Positions 1 to 11,870 of a stretch of DNA of 64,000 nucleotides are shown piece after piece (position 1 is the stretch's first letter; the number at the start of each line of letters is the position of its first letter). Position numbers and translations under genes: made by a program. Source of the stretch: Nageia nagi (lineage: Eukaryota > Plantae > Pinophyta); NCBI GenBank assembly GCA_050084985.1, contig JBITNC010000001.1, positions 173,538,001 through 173,602,000 of the forward strand, given 5' to 3'. Below the pieces are notes generated by a model, which was not told the DNA's origin, ran no database searches, and saw nothing but the letters and a program-made list of their open reading frames with translations.

Positions 1-3000
1 CATTAATCAAAAAATAGTTTCTTTGTACAAGAGTAGTCATTTAACATGATATGATGAGCTTCCATGAGTTTGCATATCCGAAGTAACTTACAATCTCAAG
101 AAGAACTTGCAAGCTACAAGCAACTCATAAATAAGATCAATTAGATACATCGTATACACTCATATATGATAAATGTTATCCATAAATTGATAAAAAATAA
201 CAAATCATCACATATGCACAACATCAAAGATGACATACATCAATTATATATCACATGTGCATACTAAACAAAATGTATCAACTACAATATGATATCAACA
301 ATAACATATGTGCACAACACTATTAGATACACAATCAACCAAGTAATATAAATACACTCTCAACCAAGGATATATAAAATATCAATTTTCATAAAAAAAT
401 AATTTGTGTTTGTTTATTTTAGATCATTATTTTGTATTTGTTGAGGGTATATGAAGATGTCATCACATCATAATATTTCATAATTTAGTTCTCTTGATGA
501 TAACTTCACTAAACAAATACTTATGTAACCATGTTATCTTAACTATTGCATAAATGACTAAATGCTATCTTGACTAAACCACTAAGTCAAGATTTTTAAA
601 GATATAACCATTTGAATAAATCAAGATTTATAAGCTACAAATGCCACGTTGATTAAATACAAAATCAAAATTTACAAAACAAAGCATAAGCCATATACAT
701 AAGTTCTTATCTATTGACAAACATGTTGATTTTGAACTTTAAGTTCTCATTCAACAATATTGTAGCATTGATAAAGAACAAACCACAAAATACCATCTTG
801 ATTACCACGTCAAAATACATAAGTCACAAAATGTCAACTTGATTATGCTATTAGTTAAGATTTATATAATGAAATTTGGTAGTATTAATCCATCAATATG
901 AATTCAAATTTCATCAAACAATTGCAATTTTAGAGAAGTGCAAACTTTTTTAACCACTTTAACAATGTGCCATCATGAAGAAGGTCGAACCTTTTTAACC
1001 ACTCCAACAATGTAGTCATAGAGAAAGATGAACCTTTTTAACTACTCTATCTACTACAAATTGCTAACAAATAACAATATGGCAATCAATCCATTGTCAT
1101 AGATAACATTTTCAAACAAAGAAGTATAGTGACATTAATCCATAAACATGGATAAATTTTTCAACTATGGAAGTATAATGGTATCAATTCATAAACATAG
1201 ATATTCTTCCAAAACATGAAAGTATAGAGGTTTTAATTTGTGAATATTCCCGAACATGGAAGTATTCTTGGATTTTATATTCCTCTTTAAGAGTAATTTT
1301 TATTAAAAAATGTTGCAATTACTAATATCTACAAACGTAGAAAGAAATGTACACTTTCCAAAGGTATTTGTACACTTTCGTTTTAAAGCAAAGATTTTTC
1401 TTATGCAAAAGCAATTAATAGTGAATTATCTTCAATAAATCTTGTGAAGAAAGTTTTAAAACTTTGCACTCCAAGTATATTATCCAATGTGCACAAATTT
1501 TTTGAAGATTAATGCACAACAATTCCAATGTTGAGAAAGTTTACAAACTTTATTCCAATAAGAATTTGTATTCAATCAAAATTTTTTCCATACAACGTAG
1601 GATCAATGTGCACAAATAAGAATGTGCATAACAAAAAAATTTTCATCCAATATAAGATTAAAAAATTAAGGATAGTTTAAAGAAAAGTTGCATAAATTTT
1701 TACTTCAAACAATATGCATACAAGAAATGTCCATATTAACCATTAATTTTATAATCCAATGCACATTAAGCATATTAAAACTTTTGCAATATAAATTAAT
1801 GCAACCAATAAGGATTATGCATTTCAAAGAAATATTTACTTAAATTTTCATTTTATGGATATTTAAGTACTATACTTTTTTTATTTAACTAAGGAGATTA
1901 TGTGCATAAATTAACCATCCAAGCACAATAGCAACATAATGTGCATAACCAAGTATAACAAACACAATAGCATAAATTTTTATAACATAATTAAAATGGT
2001 TTGCAAGGTATTGGACATAAAAAATATTGCTTTAAAAAGAAGTGTGCAATAAAAATAGTTTAAAAAGTATTAGATATAAAAAATATTGCTTTTACAAATT
2101 TATCTTACTTGATAAATTAGTTTAATTTTGCTTTGAAAGTTTTTTATATTTGCAATAATTATGCATTTAAATAAATAAATTTTGCACTAAAATGAAAATT
2201 TAGCAAATAAAAAAATTTTTGTACATAAAAAAAGCATATAAGTTACAATTTAGTCAATGTTTAAAAGTAGATAATTATCAATAATTTAAGTTTTTATTTA
2301 AAAATTGCATTAAAAGAATTGCATAATACTTTAAAAGATTTTAAGATTTAAATTTAACTCAATAAAAATTAGAAAGCCTTTCTTTTTTTAACTCAATAAA
2401 GATTTTTTTTTTTGTTTTTAAAAAAAAAAGATAAAAAAAGCTCATATTAAAGATGTTAAAATTTAAAAAACAACTTAAAAAAAATTTGCTTTGCCTTTCT
2501 AAAAAAGAAAAGATAGAATTTCTAATTTTTTAATGAGTTGCTTTCTTATTTTTAATATCTTTAATATGAGCACATTTTATTATTTAAAAAAAAAATCTTT
2601 AATGAGTTAAAAAAAGAAAGGTGGATTTTTTAATTTTTGAACGAGTTAAATTTAAATCCTAAAGTTTTTTAAAGTATGGTGTAATTTTTTAATGCAATTT
2701 TTAAGTAAAGATTTAAATTATTGATAATTATCTATTTTTAAGCATGGATTAAGTTGTAATTTATATATATTTTTTAATATATGAAATTTTTTTTATTTGT
2801 TAAATTCTTATTTTAGTGCAAATTTTATTTACTTAAATGCATAATTATTGCAAGTATAACAAATTTTTAAGGCAATTGTATTAATTTATGAAGTGATAAA
2901 TTTTTGAAGACTAATTATTTTTTAATGTCCAATATCTTGCAAACCATTTTAATTGCACACTTCTTTTAATGCATTTTTTTTTCTTATATTAATTTATGAC

Positions 3001-5158
3001 GTTTTGTTGTTATAATAACAAAGAAAAATGGAAGTTGCATTATGTTATACCAATTTGTGTTTGTTCAATTTGGTTATGTATATTATATTTCTATTATGTT
3101 TGGATGGTTAATTTATGCACATAATTAATCTCCTCGATTGGATGAAAACATATAATATTTAGATGTGCATAATATCAAAATTTAGGTGAATTTTTTTCTT
3201 CAAATTTTGATATGCATTATCTTTATTGGTTGCATTAATTTATATTGCAAAAATTTTATTATATTTAATGTGCATTGGATTATAAAATTGATGGTTAATA
3301 TGGACATTTCTTGTATGCATTTTATTTGAAGTAAAAATTTGTGTAATTTTTTTTCAAATTATTTTTAGTATTATTTTTTAATTCTATATTGGATGAAAAG
3401 TTTTTGGTTATGCACATATTCTTGTTTGTGTACATTGATCTTACGTTATATGACATTTTTTGCTGAACACAAATTTTTGTTGGAGTAAAGTTTGTAAATT
3501 TTCTTAACATTGAAATTGTTATGTATTAATGTTCAAAATTTTTGTGCATATTGAATAATATACTTGTTGGAGTTCAAAGTTTTAAATTTTTTTTCATAAA
3601 ATTTATTGAAGATAATTTACTATTGATTGGTTTTGTATAAGAAAAATCTTTGCTTTAAAACGAAAGTGTACAAGTACTTTTAGGAAATGTACATTCCTTT
3701 TTACATTTGTACAGATTAATAATTGCAACATATTTTTTTAATGCAAGTTACTCTTAAGAGGGAGTATAAAATTCAAACATACTTCTATGTTTGAGAATGT
3801 TCATAAATTAATGCTTTTATATTTTCATGTTTTGAAAGAATATCCATGTTTATGGATTGATGCCATTATACTTCCATGGTTGAAAAGTTTATCTATGTTT
3901 ATGGATTAATGCCATTATATTTTCTTATTTAAAAATTTTATCCGTGATGATGGATTGATTGCCATTTTGTTATTTGTTAGCAAGTTGTAGTAGATGGAAT
4001 AGTTAAAAAGGTTCGTCTTTTTATATGATTATATTGTTGGAGTGGTTAAAAAAGTTCAACCTTCTCTATGATTGCATATTATTGGAGTGGTTAAAAATGT
4101 TTGCATTTTTGCAAAATTGCAATTATTTGATGAAAGTTGAATTCATATTGATGGATTAATGCTATCAAATTTCATTATATGCATTTTGACTAGTAGCATA
4201 GTCAAGTTGATATTTTGTGGTTTGTGCATGTTGACGTGGTAGTCAAGATGATATTTTGTAGTTTGTTTTTTATCTATGCTACAGTATTGTTGAAGGAGAA
4301 CTTAAACCTCAAAATCAATGTTTGTAAATAGATAAGAATTTATGTATGTGGCTTATGCTTTATTTTGTAAATCTTGGCTTTGTGTTTGGTTAACTTGGTA
4401 TTTGTGATTTATGTTTTGTTTTATAAATCTTGACTTTGTGTTTGATCAACTTGGCATTTGTGGTTTATGTTTTGTTTTGTAGATCTTGGTCTTGTTTTTG
4501 GTCAAGTTGGGATTTGTGGCTTATAAATATTGATTTAGTCAAGTGGTTATGCCTTTGAAAATTTTGACTTAGTGGTTTAGTCAAGATGGCATTTGATCAT
4601 TTGTGACATGGTTAAGATAACATGGTCACATAAGTATTTGTTTGGTGAAATCATCAAAGAGAAGAATTAAATTATGAAACATTATGATGTGATGACACTT
4701 TCATATACCTTCAACAAATACAAAATAATGATCTAAAACAAACACAAAAATAAAAAATCAATTTTTTTTATAAAGATTGATGATATTTTTTATATCCTTG
4801 GTTGAGAATACATTTATATCACTTGGTTGATTGTGCATCTGATAGTATTGTGCACATATGATATTGTTGATAACATGTTATGGTTGATATATTTTGTTTA
4901 GTATGCATATGTGATATATAGTTGATGATGTATGTCATTTTTGATGTGCATATGTGATGACTTGACATTTTTGATCAGTTTATGGATGACATCTATCTTA
5001 TATGAGTATATGATGTATCTAATTGATTTTGTTTATGAGTTGCTTGTAGCTTGCAGGTTCTTGAGATTGTAGGTTATTTCGGGTATGTAGACTCATGGAG
5101 GCTCATTATATCAACATGAATGATTACTCTTGTATAAAGAAATTATTTTTTGGTTATG
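1..5158. repeat. Giant imperfect inverted repeat (arms ~1-2487 and ~2523-5158, ~35-bp spacer); left arm probably continues outside the window
   Basis: The reverse complement of 1-300 aligns to ~4865-5158, 541-600 to ~4554-4613, 1141-1200 to ~3843-3903 and 2221-2340 to ~2661-2782. Confidence 0.97.
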
Positions 5159-5329
5159 ATTGTATTATAAAATCATTTGTTAAAATGCGTAAGTAGTTGA
5201 GCCATTGTAGAACCATCTATATTCTATTAGTTTCTCAAAGATGCAAAAAGTTCTCAACTCCATTTGTATCTTTATGGAGCAGAATTCTCTTTTTTTTTCT
5301 ATCTTTTCGACTCTGCCCACTATTGCATT

Positions 5330-5338
5330 AAGGGAAAG
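5330..5338 (+). promoter_or_regulatory. Polypurine tract preceding LTR
   Basis: gcattAAGGGAAAG immediately followed by TGTTGG, the usual copia-like PPT/3'LTR junction. Confidence 0.65.
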
Positions 5339-5945
5339 TGTTGGAAATTGTAATGTAATATTGTGTAATATTTCTCTTTAATGTAGATTCACATAATGTT
5401 TTAAGTATTTTTTAGATATCTTAAAACATTAAGAGAATAAATATAGAAACACCTTTAACTTTACTCGGGTAAAAAGAAGGTTAAAGGGTGATTTTTTTTT
5501 ATAAATAAAGAGGTACCCCTCTCATTATGTAACTTGATGAAGCATGGTAATGCTTGTCTTGTAGAGATGCTCTTGTAGGAGCTTTGTAGAAGAATTTTTT
5601 GTAAAAGAATTCTTGAAAATTTGAAAAAGAGTTATCTTGTGAGAAGTAATAAAATGATGATTCAAAGTGGATGTACTCCCAATAGATGGAAAAATCACTA
5701 TACATGATGTGCTATTTTTTGTGTGATTGATTATTGTGTTGCTAGAAGGATGAATGCTTGATTTGTTGGAGAAGCTTGAAGGTGATCTTGGTTTATAGAA
5801 TCTTTCAATTCCATCAAGTGGTAAGGTTAAATATGTTTCTATATTTATTCCTTTAATGTTTTAAAGTATTTAAAGATACTTTAAGCATTAAGTGAATTTA
5901 CATTAAAAAGAAACATTACACAATATTACATTACAATTTCCAATA
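5339..5945 (+). mobile_element. 3' LTR (~607 bp) with ~125-bp terminal inverted repeats, belonging to the fold-back element
   Basis: TGTTGGAAATTGTAATGTAATATTGTGTAAT ... ATTACACAATATTACATTACAATTTCCAATA (CA->TA); TATAAATA at ~5500; preceded by a PPT; no flanking TSD as a MITE would have. Confidence 0.7.
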
Positions 5946-6089
5946 CATACATTGCAGAGGATTAAAGATGATTGTCCATAGGTGGACAATATTCGTCTAG
6001 AGGTGAGCGAGTGGTACCAAGAGGAAGCAGAAGATGGGGCTACATTGGATGAGGAAGGAGTTTGATAGAAGAAGAGGAGCATTGGGGAG

Positions 6090-6620
6090 CTCCCATACCT
6101 GACGTTGCATTCCAAAGAGCTTGGAGGGGCTATGTTGGGCTCATAATACCTTCTAGACTACATGTTGGGCCTTGGAGGAGTCAGGCACCCCACGTTGAGC
6201 CTTGAAGAGGCTAGACACCTCACGTTGGGTATTCGGAAGACTTGCCATTAGACATTGAGCCTTGGAGAGGCTAGACACCTCACGCTTGCCATCATACGTT
6301 GAGTTTGAAGGAGCTCCGGTTCCCCACCTCAGATTTAGGAGAGTTGCTATATCTCATGTGGGAGGATGAGGTATACTTGTGTGTGATGAGGAGCATGAAG
6401 GGGCTTGGGTATCCCACGTTCGGTTTGGAGGGGCATGAGCACCTGATGGTTGGGATAAGAAAATGTTGGCTCCCCAAGTTGGGCCTGGAAGGGTCTATGT
6501 ACTTGACATTGGACTAGATAGCAGTTTGACATCCCACATTGGTAGATGGAGGAGTCTTGGACCACATATGGAGTGATGGGAGAGCTTAGGACCCCATGTT
6601 GAGCTTGGGGGAGTTTCAGC
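6090..6620. repeat. Degenerate ~30-bp tandem repeat (CACGTTGGGCCTTGGAGGGG...), retroelement-derived
   Basis: Recurrent cacgttgag/catgttggg + cttggag motif at ~30-nt spacing. Confidence 0.7.
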
Positions 6621-6727
6621 CCTATCTATGGAGCAAGGGCTCCCCTTGTTTACACTCATCCATGATATTCCAAAGGTTTTTGTAGGTACAGCCCTACGTA
6701 GGTACACAAATCCTCAAGTGTATAAGG

Positions 6728-7204
6728 ATGACCATGGAGCAATTGATAAGGAGTGATAATTACATCAAATCAAAGTGTTTGCATGTTACATTGATGTATG
6801 GATATGAGGCTTTAGCAATATGCACCAAATTGCCATCCTGGATGAAGAGTATTGAAGTTGCATTCCACAATCATAAACCATTGCTACCAGGATTGAAGGA
6901 TTCTTGGAAGACAATATTACGTAGTTTTCCACCATTGCTTGAGGGCAAGCAATTCGAGAGTGGAAGCTTTGTGATGTCCCCCTTGCATGATCATAATTAA
7001 TTATAGAATCCAACAGATTCCTCTTGTAATATATTTTATTATTGTATTGTACTTTCATGTTGTAACTTGGGATAGAGGACTTAATGGGTCAATGGACCCC
7101 AACGTGAGCCCCAAGTGGGACATGTCCCTTCTATTGGAGGTTTTTTCTTTCCTACCCTCGAGTAGTGGGAAAAGTGCTAACATCTTAGGTGGAGGGACGT
7201 TACT
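6728..7204 (+). mobile_element. Gypsy pol tail, degenerate PPT and possible short LTR (6970-7204)
   Basis: cttgagggcaagcaattcgagagtggaagctt-TGTGATGTCCCC mirrors element A's cttggggacaagcaattttggaggggtggact-TGTAATGTCCC; ends GGGACGTTACT. Confidence 0.45.
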
Positions 7205-8212
7205 CCCTCCCGCTATAGGGACTAGTTACTTCAAAGGTTCGGCTTCGTGGGTTATGCAAGAACAACCTAGGGGACGGTTGAGATGTTTAAAGCTGCCACC
7301 AACATGAATATCATGTGTGGATTCAAGGGACTCGGATTATTTTGTGTTTGAGCTTCATCAAGGCCGCTTCTTAAGTGCTGAAAGGGAAATTGGGATGCGA
7401 AAGCCGCGAAAAGAAAGTGAAAATAGAAGAAAATAAAGAAATATAAAATGATGGAAAGATTGTGGGAACGGGATGCAAGAGTAGACACGCTAATTCATGG
7501 GCTTGATAAAGACTCTTGGAAGTCGACTCACTTGGGTTCAATGCGGGTTCCAAGCACCCACTATCGAGTCCTCCAGCCAACAACATGAATAGCTGGGTGA
7601 ATGGAGCATGAAGCTAGGGCAGTGAGATAAGACGGGACCAAGGTGGGACTAAAGGGCTCGGGTGAAGTCCCTGCGGCGAATAACATCAATGAGATAGCCC
7701 AAGATCATTAAACCAATATTGCCAATAGTGAAATGCCATCTACGAGATATCAGTCAATTTCTTCTCATATGCAAGCAACTATGAAATGCACCAAGTAAAC
7801 TGAGCTAACATTAAGTAATGACAGAAGAAAAACAGATAACACTATCTAGCATTCATTCACATCCACTATTGCAACATGAATAAGTATATCATCACAATAA
7901 CATCCACATACACCACTTTCAACACTTAAGAGCAATTTGGCATAGCAAAGTTGTATTAAGATGTCGAAAAGTCAAATCCCCCACAAATGAGTTAGAATGG
8001 GGTATAAATAATGTTAGGAGCAACCATCAGTGTTGCCCTAACCCTAATTCACAAAATAACATGTGATCAAATGAAAAATTACCACATGGCATTACAAAAT
8101 CTCCTCCAAACTTGTGGGAGCAAATCCTCATCCTTCATGAGTTTGGGAATAAAATAATATTAGAATGTCTAGCTAAAAGATACAAAAATAAAACAACTAA
8201 AAATAAAAATGG

Positions 8213-11200
8213 CTAAGCTAATGGTGGGCCCAAGCTCGCAACTTGGTCCTCGAACCCAACTGCTAGGAACTCTATCATGTGCTCCACCCCGCTTAGCATC
8301 TCTAAGAACTTTGGTTTGCTGGTAATCATGCTCTCCTCGACTTCATTCACCATCCTTTGCATTTTGTCTTTCCATGTTTTGGCCTGTAGCATATGCCTCA
8401 AGTGACTCCTTGTTTGGTAGTTCACATCCTCGATCATCATTAGACTAAGGAGGTGTTTGACCTTGGCCACTACCTCATCTGCTTCCCAGATGGTGGTGTC
8501 TTCCTCCAAGAATTGTACCTGAAAATCCATCCGTTCCATACATGCATGGACCTTGTCATTAATTGCGGTCACCCCTTGTTTCGTCTCCTAGAAACAGGTA
8601 TGTACCTGGCTGTTTACACCCGAATAGAACCAGTAGTCCTCACAAAACTGTGTCCTCGGGTCTCTGAGTATGCATCGTCGTGTATCTTAGTATCATGGGT
8701 TTCTGGGAGTTTAAGATCCTGAGTAGCCTGGCCCTTTTGGTGACAATATACCTGAGTTGCTTCTCTGAGAACAAGATTTGGTGGAGGATATCGATGAATC
8801 GTCTCAACACTGCTAAGGCCTCTTCCATCACCTCTTGTTTCACAACAATCATTCCTTCTTTGAGAGGTCTTACCTTCTTGAGTTCATCTGTAGGTACTTT
8901 GGCAGACTCCAACTCGTGAGTCAATCTCCTCTGGGTTACCAACTCCTTCAAGCTTTTTATCTCTTTTTCCTTCAACAACCCATCCTTGGCTGTTGCCTCG
9001 GTATTTGAAATAATAACATGCTTTTTGCTAGTCACACCAATTGGGCCCGTGTTGATGATCTGATTTATTTGCCTCAAGTCTTCGGGACCTGGGGTTGTCC
9101 TTGTCTGCCACTATGGTGTTGATGCACACTGTGTTTTCTGTCATATGTACGCAGGTCTGACTCTTCCCCAAGCGAGTGGAACTATCTTCAACCTGATTTC
9201 CTGTCCCTCTGAGCCTGAATTCTTCTCCTACGTCCATGTTGAAGACATCGAGACACTCGTCTATGTCTACTCCCCACTCAGGATTGGGCAGAGGTTGATG
9301 GGTCTCAACAACTGCTTTTGAAACGACGATTGCTTTGTTTTGGATCTTCTTCAAAGGCCTCTCAACTTGCCTTGCATTTTCCCCTGGTGTTACCGACAAC
9401 CTGGACTGGGATCCTTTCTTCAATTGGGTTCTTCTCAGCATTGATTCCAGAGCGAGGTCTTTGTCCTTCCTCTGGGAGATTGATGGCTCTGAGCTGGCGT
9501 GATTATGGGTGTCGTTCAAGATCTCCACTGATGGTTCTTCCTCACCCTATGCGTCCTGTATATCTCTCTCTGGAATGGTACTAGCTTCATGTTCATCTCC
9601 CGACCCCTCCTTTGACTTGTCTTGCGGAATACTTTCATATTCCCCTTTCTCAAGCATGCTTTGTCAGTCACCATTTTCTTGTCTATCTGCTTGTTCTCCA
9701 TGAGGGGTGCCATGGTCTTCATATTGGGGTCCTGAGGACTCTGATCCTGATCGTGGAATGGTCGGGGATGGATGCGCCGCTGCTATCCTTGTTGGCTTTG
9801 GCCAGAGTCGGATCTGGTCTTTGGTTCCTCACACATCTCACCATCTTATCGGTGGCCACATGCTTCAACTCCCTCACGTCATGTTCATCAACCATCTCCC
9901 TAACTTGCTGTGCTACCTGCTCAACGGGGGCCCTCCCATGCATGGAGGCATACTATCCAACAAGCTCTCCAATCGTTGGTGGAAACTGAGTGACCTTGGA
10001 AGTAGACCTGTGTGGTTTCTTTCCCTGAGATTGAGACAACTTATGAATTGACGCCTCTACCTCCTGTTGTTGCCTCTGAGCCTCTTCCTACATCTTGGTG
10101 TAGATCTTCTTCACTTCCACTTCGGCATTGATGTTCCGGAATGGCTCCTCATCTCTGAGTGGTCTATGCTCGTAAGCTCTCTTCGTTTCCTTCATGTAAA
10201 ACTCGTGAATCCGATGTTCAAGGTTATAATGATTGGTGGTCGGCATCTTCGGGAAGTTGTACTTTGCCAACTCCTCCGTCATGGAAATCACATCCGCCCA
10301 AGCTCTACACTGATACTCCCCAATTGTAATTGGCAGATTGGAAGTGGCCAACTTCTTTTGCCAAATGTGTTCATGCAAGTAGACTAATTGCCTCATCATC
10401 TCCATCAGGAGCATCCGATTGCTTATGTACCGAGGCAATTGATAAGGTTCCACGATCGACCCATAGAGACGGATGTAAGAGTAGTGTTGGTGGTGGGTGA
10501 AGAAGTCTCTATGTCTCCTCAACGCATCTTGGGCTACGTTGGAGATCCTAGCAACAGTATTCTCTCCCTTAAGCTCCTTGTAAATTTCATACTCCCATTC
10601 ATCACTCCTCATCGTGAAGTCTTACCATCTCCTCTCGACCTTCCACTTAGGATAGCATTTCGACACTGCGTATGTTTCCTTTGTGATCAAGTCCGCCTCT
10701 CCTAAAGTTGTGGGCCTCGATTTGCCATGCAGCAATAGGTATATCAGGTAAGAGTTGAGGTAGAACTTGTGTGTGGTTCCTATTGATGACAATTGGTCCA
10801 TGATATTGTCGCTTAACACTTTGCTCCACTTGATCTTCTTTCTCGGGGCTATCTCCACAATGAAGCCGAAGAACTCCTTTCAGAACTTGGATGCATCCTT
10901 TTTCCCTAGAACTCTTGACAACATGAGGATCATTAATTGAACAAAGGGGTAGAAGTGGGAGCAAGGGGCATTGATAAGTGCATTACCCTTCAGGCCATGG
11001 TGCTCCTTGAGCATCTAACTTTTGATTGCTTCGGCTGCCCTGTTGGTGTCCTGATAGCATGTTAACGACTCCTCTTTTGTGTATTCAAAGTTGCCTTCCG
11101 CTGCCCATTGGAATGCCTTCGAGGCTGAAGTCCATGATGACGTTGCCTTTGATGTCTCGGAGCACTCTCACCCATCTTCCAATGTTGGCTAACTTCCAAG

Positions 11201-11496
11201 CACAACTCTAGGAATGGAGCCGTGAATGGGACGAATGTACAAGTCAAGAGCCTCGAGAAGAAGGCGATGTCATGTTTCAACTCGTTGATGGGTTTGTTCC
11301 TGATCTTCTCCCTTATCTGCATCGGATCCACCTTCTGCCAGTATGTGTCCCCGATAGTGGCCAACCCATTTTTGGAGAATTTAGCCCCTTGGGGCAAGGG
11401 GTCCTATTTCTCGCATATGGTGATGAGGCATTCTTGCTTGATGTATTGCAGATCTCATGCATAATCCTTGGCTGAATTGCTTTTGGAACTAGTCAT
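8213..11496 (-). pseudogene. Decayed ~1,000-aa retroelement accessory ORF, frameshifted and with stops
   Basis: Contiguous minus-strand ORF pieces 11062-11397, 10622-10858 (WSKVLSDNIMDQL...FYLNSYLIYLL), 10088-10612 (YSYIRLYGSIVEPYQLPRY...LLMEMMRQL), 9719-9943, 9028-9528, 8640-9077, 8213-8572 (coiled-coil-like); likely ATG at 11496. Confidence 0.7.
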
Positions 11497-11705
11497 GGTG
11501 CCTTGACGAATGACGAGTACCCTCCAAGGTGATGTGCTTTTTTGGCAAGCCTATGACCCCCACGGCTTCTTCCTAACCTCCTATATCTCTTGTGCAAGCC
11601 TCCCCAAGCAAATGGACGGATTTGAAATTCAAAAATATGCAATTTCAGCACAAGTGTAGAAGAGGAGTGCGATTTGAATTTGGGAAAATGAGGTCCCCAA
11701 GTTGA

Positions 11706-11713
11706 TATTTATA
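11706..11713 (-). promoter_or_regulatory. TATA box (TATAAATA) for the minus-strand accessory ORF
   Basis: tatttata on +, ~210 bp upstream of the ATG at 11496, followed by a pyrimidine-rich leader on the minus strand. Confidence 0.55.
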
Positions 11714-11870
11714 GCTAATGTGGGCATTTTGAAAACCCTAGTCGGCTAGGTTTTGGAGAAAAACACATCTCAACCATTGAAGTGGTTGACGTCGAGATGT
11801 GTGCCATCTTGAAACCCTATTCCTAGCCATCCGAGACCAATCGTTGGGATTTTGGAGGCTCTTTTGGCCT

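Noticed and set aside
1-5158. Assembly fold-back artefact, or a coding ORF at 3322-3510
   Set aside because: The arms differ by many directional substitutions and indels, so this is not a read-level palindrome; the ORF is low-complexity AT-rich noise.
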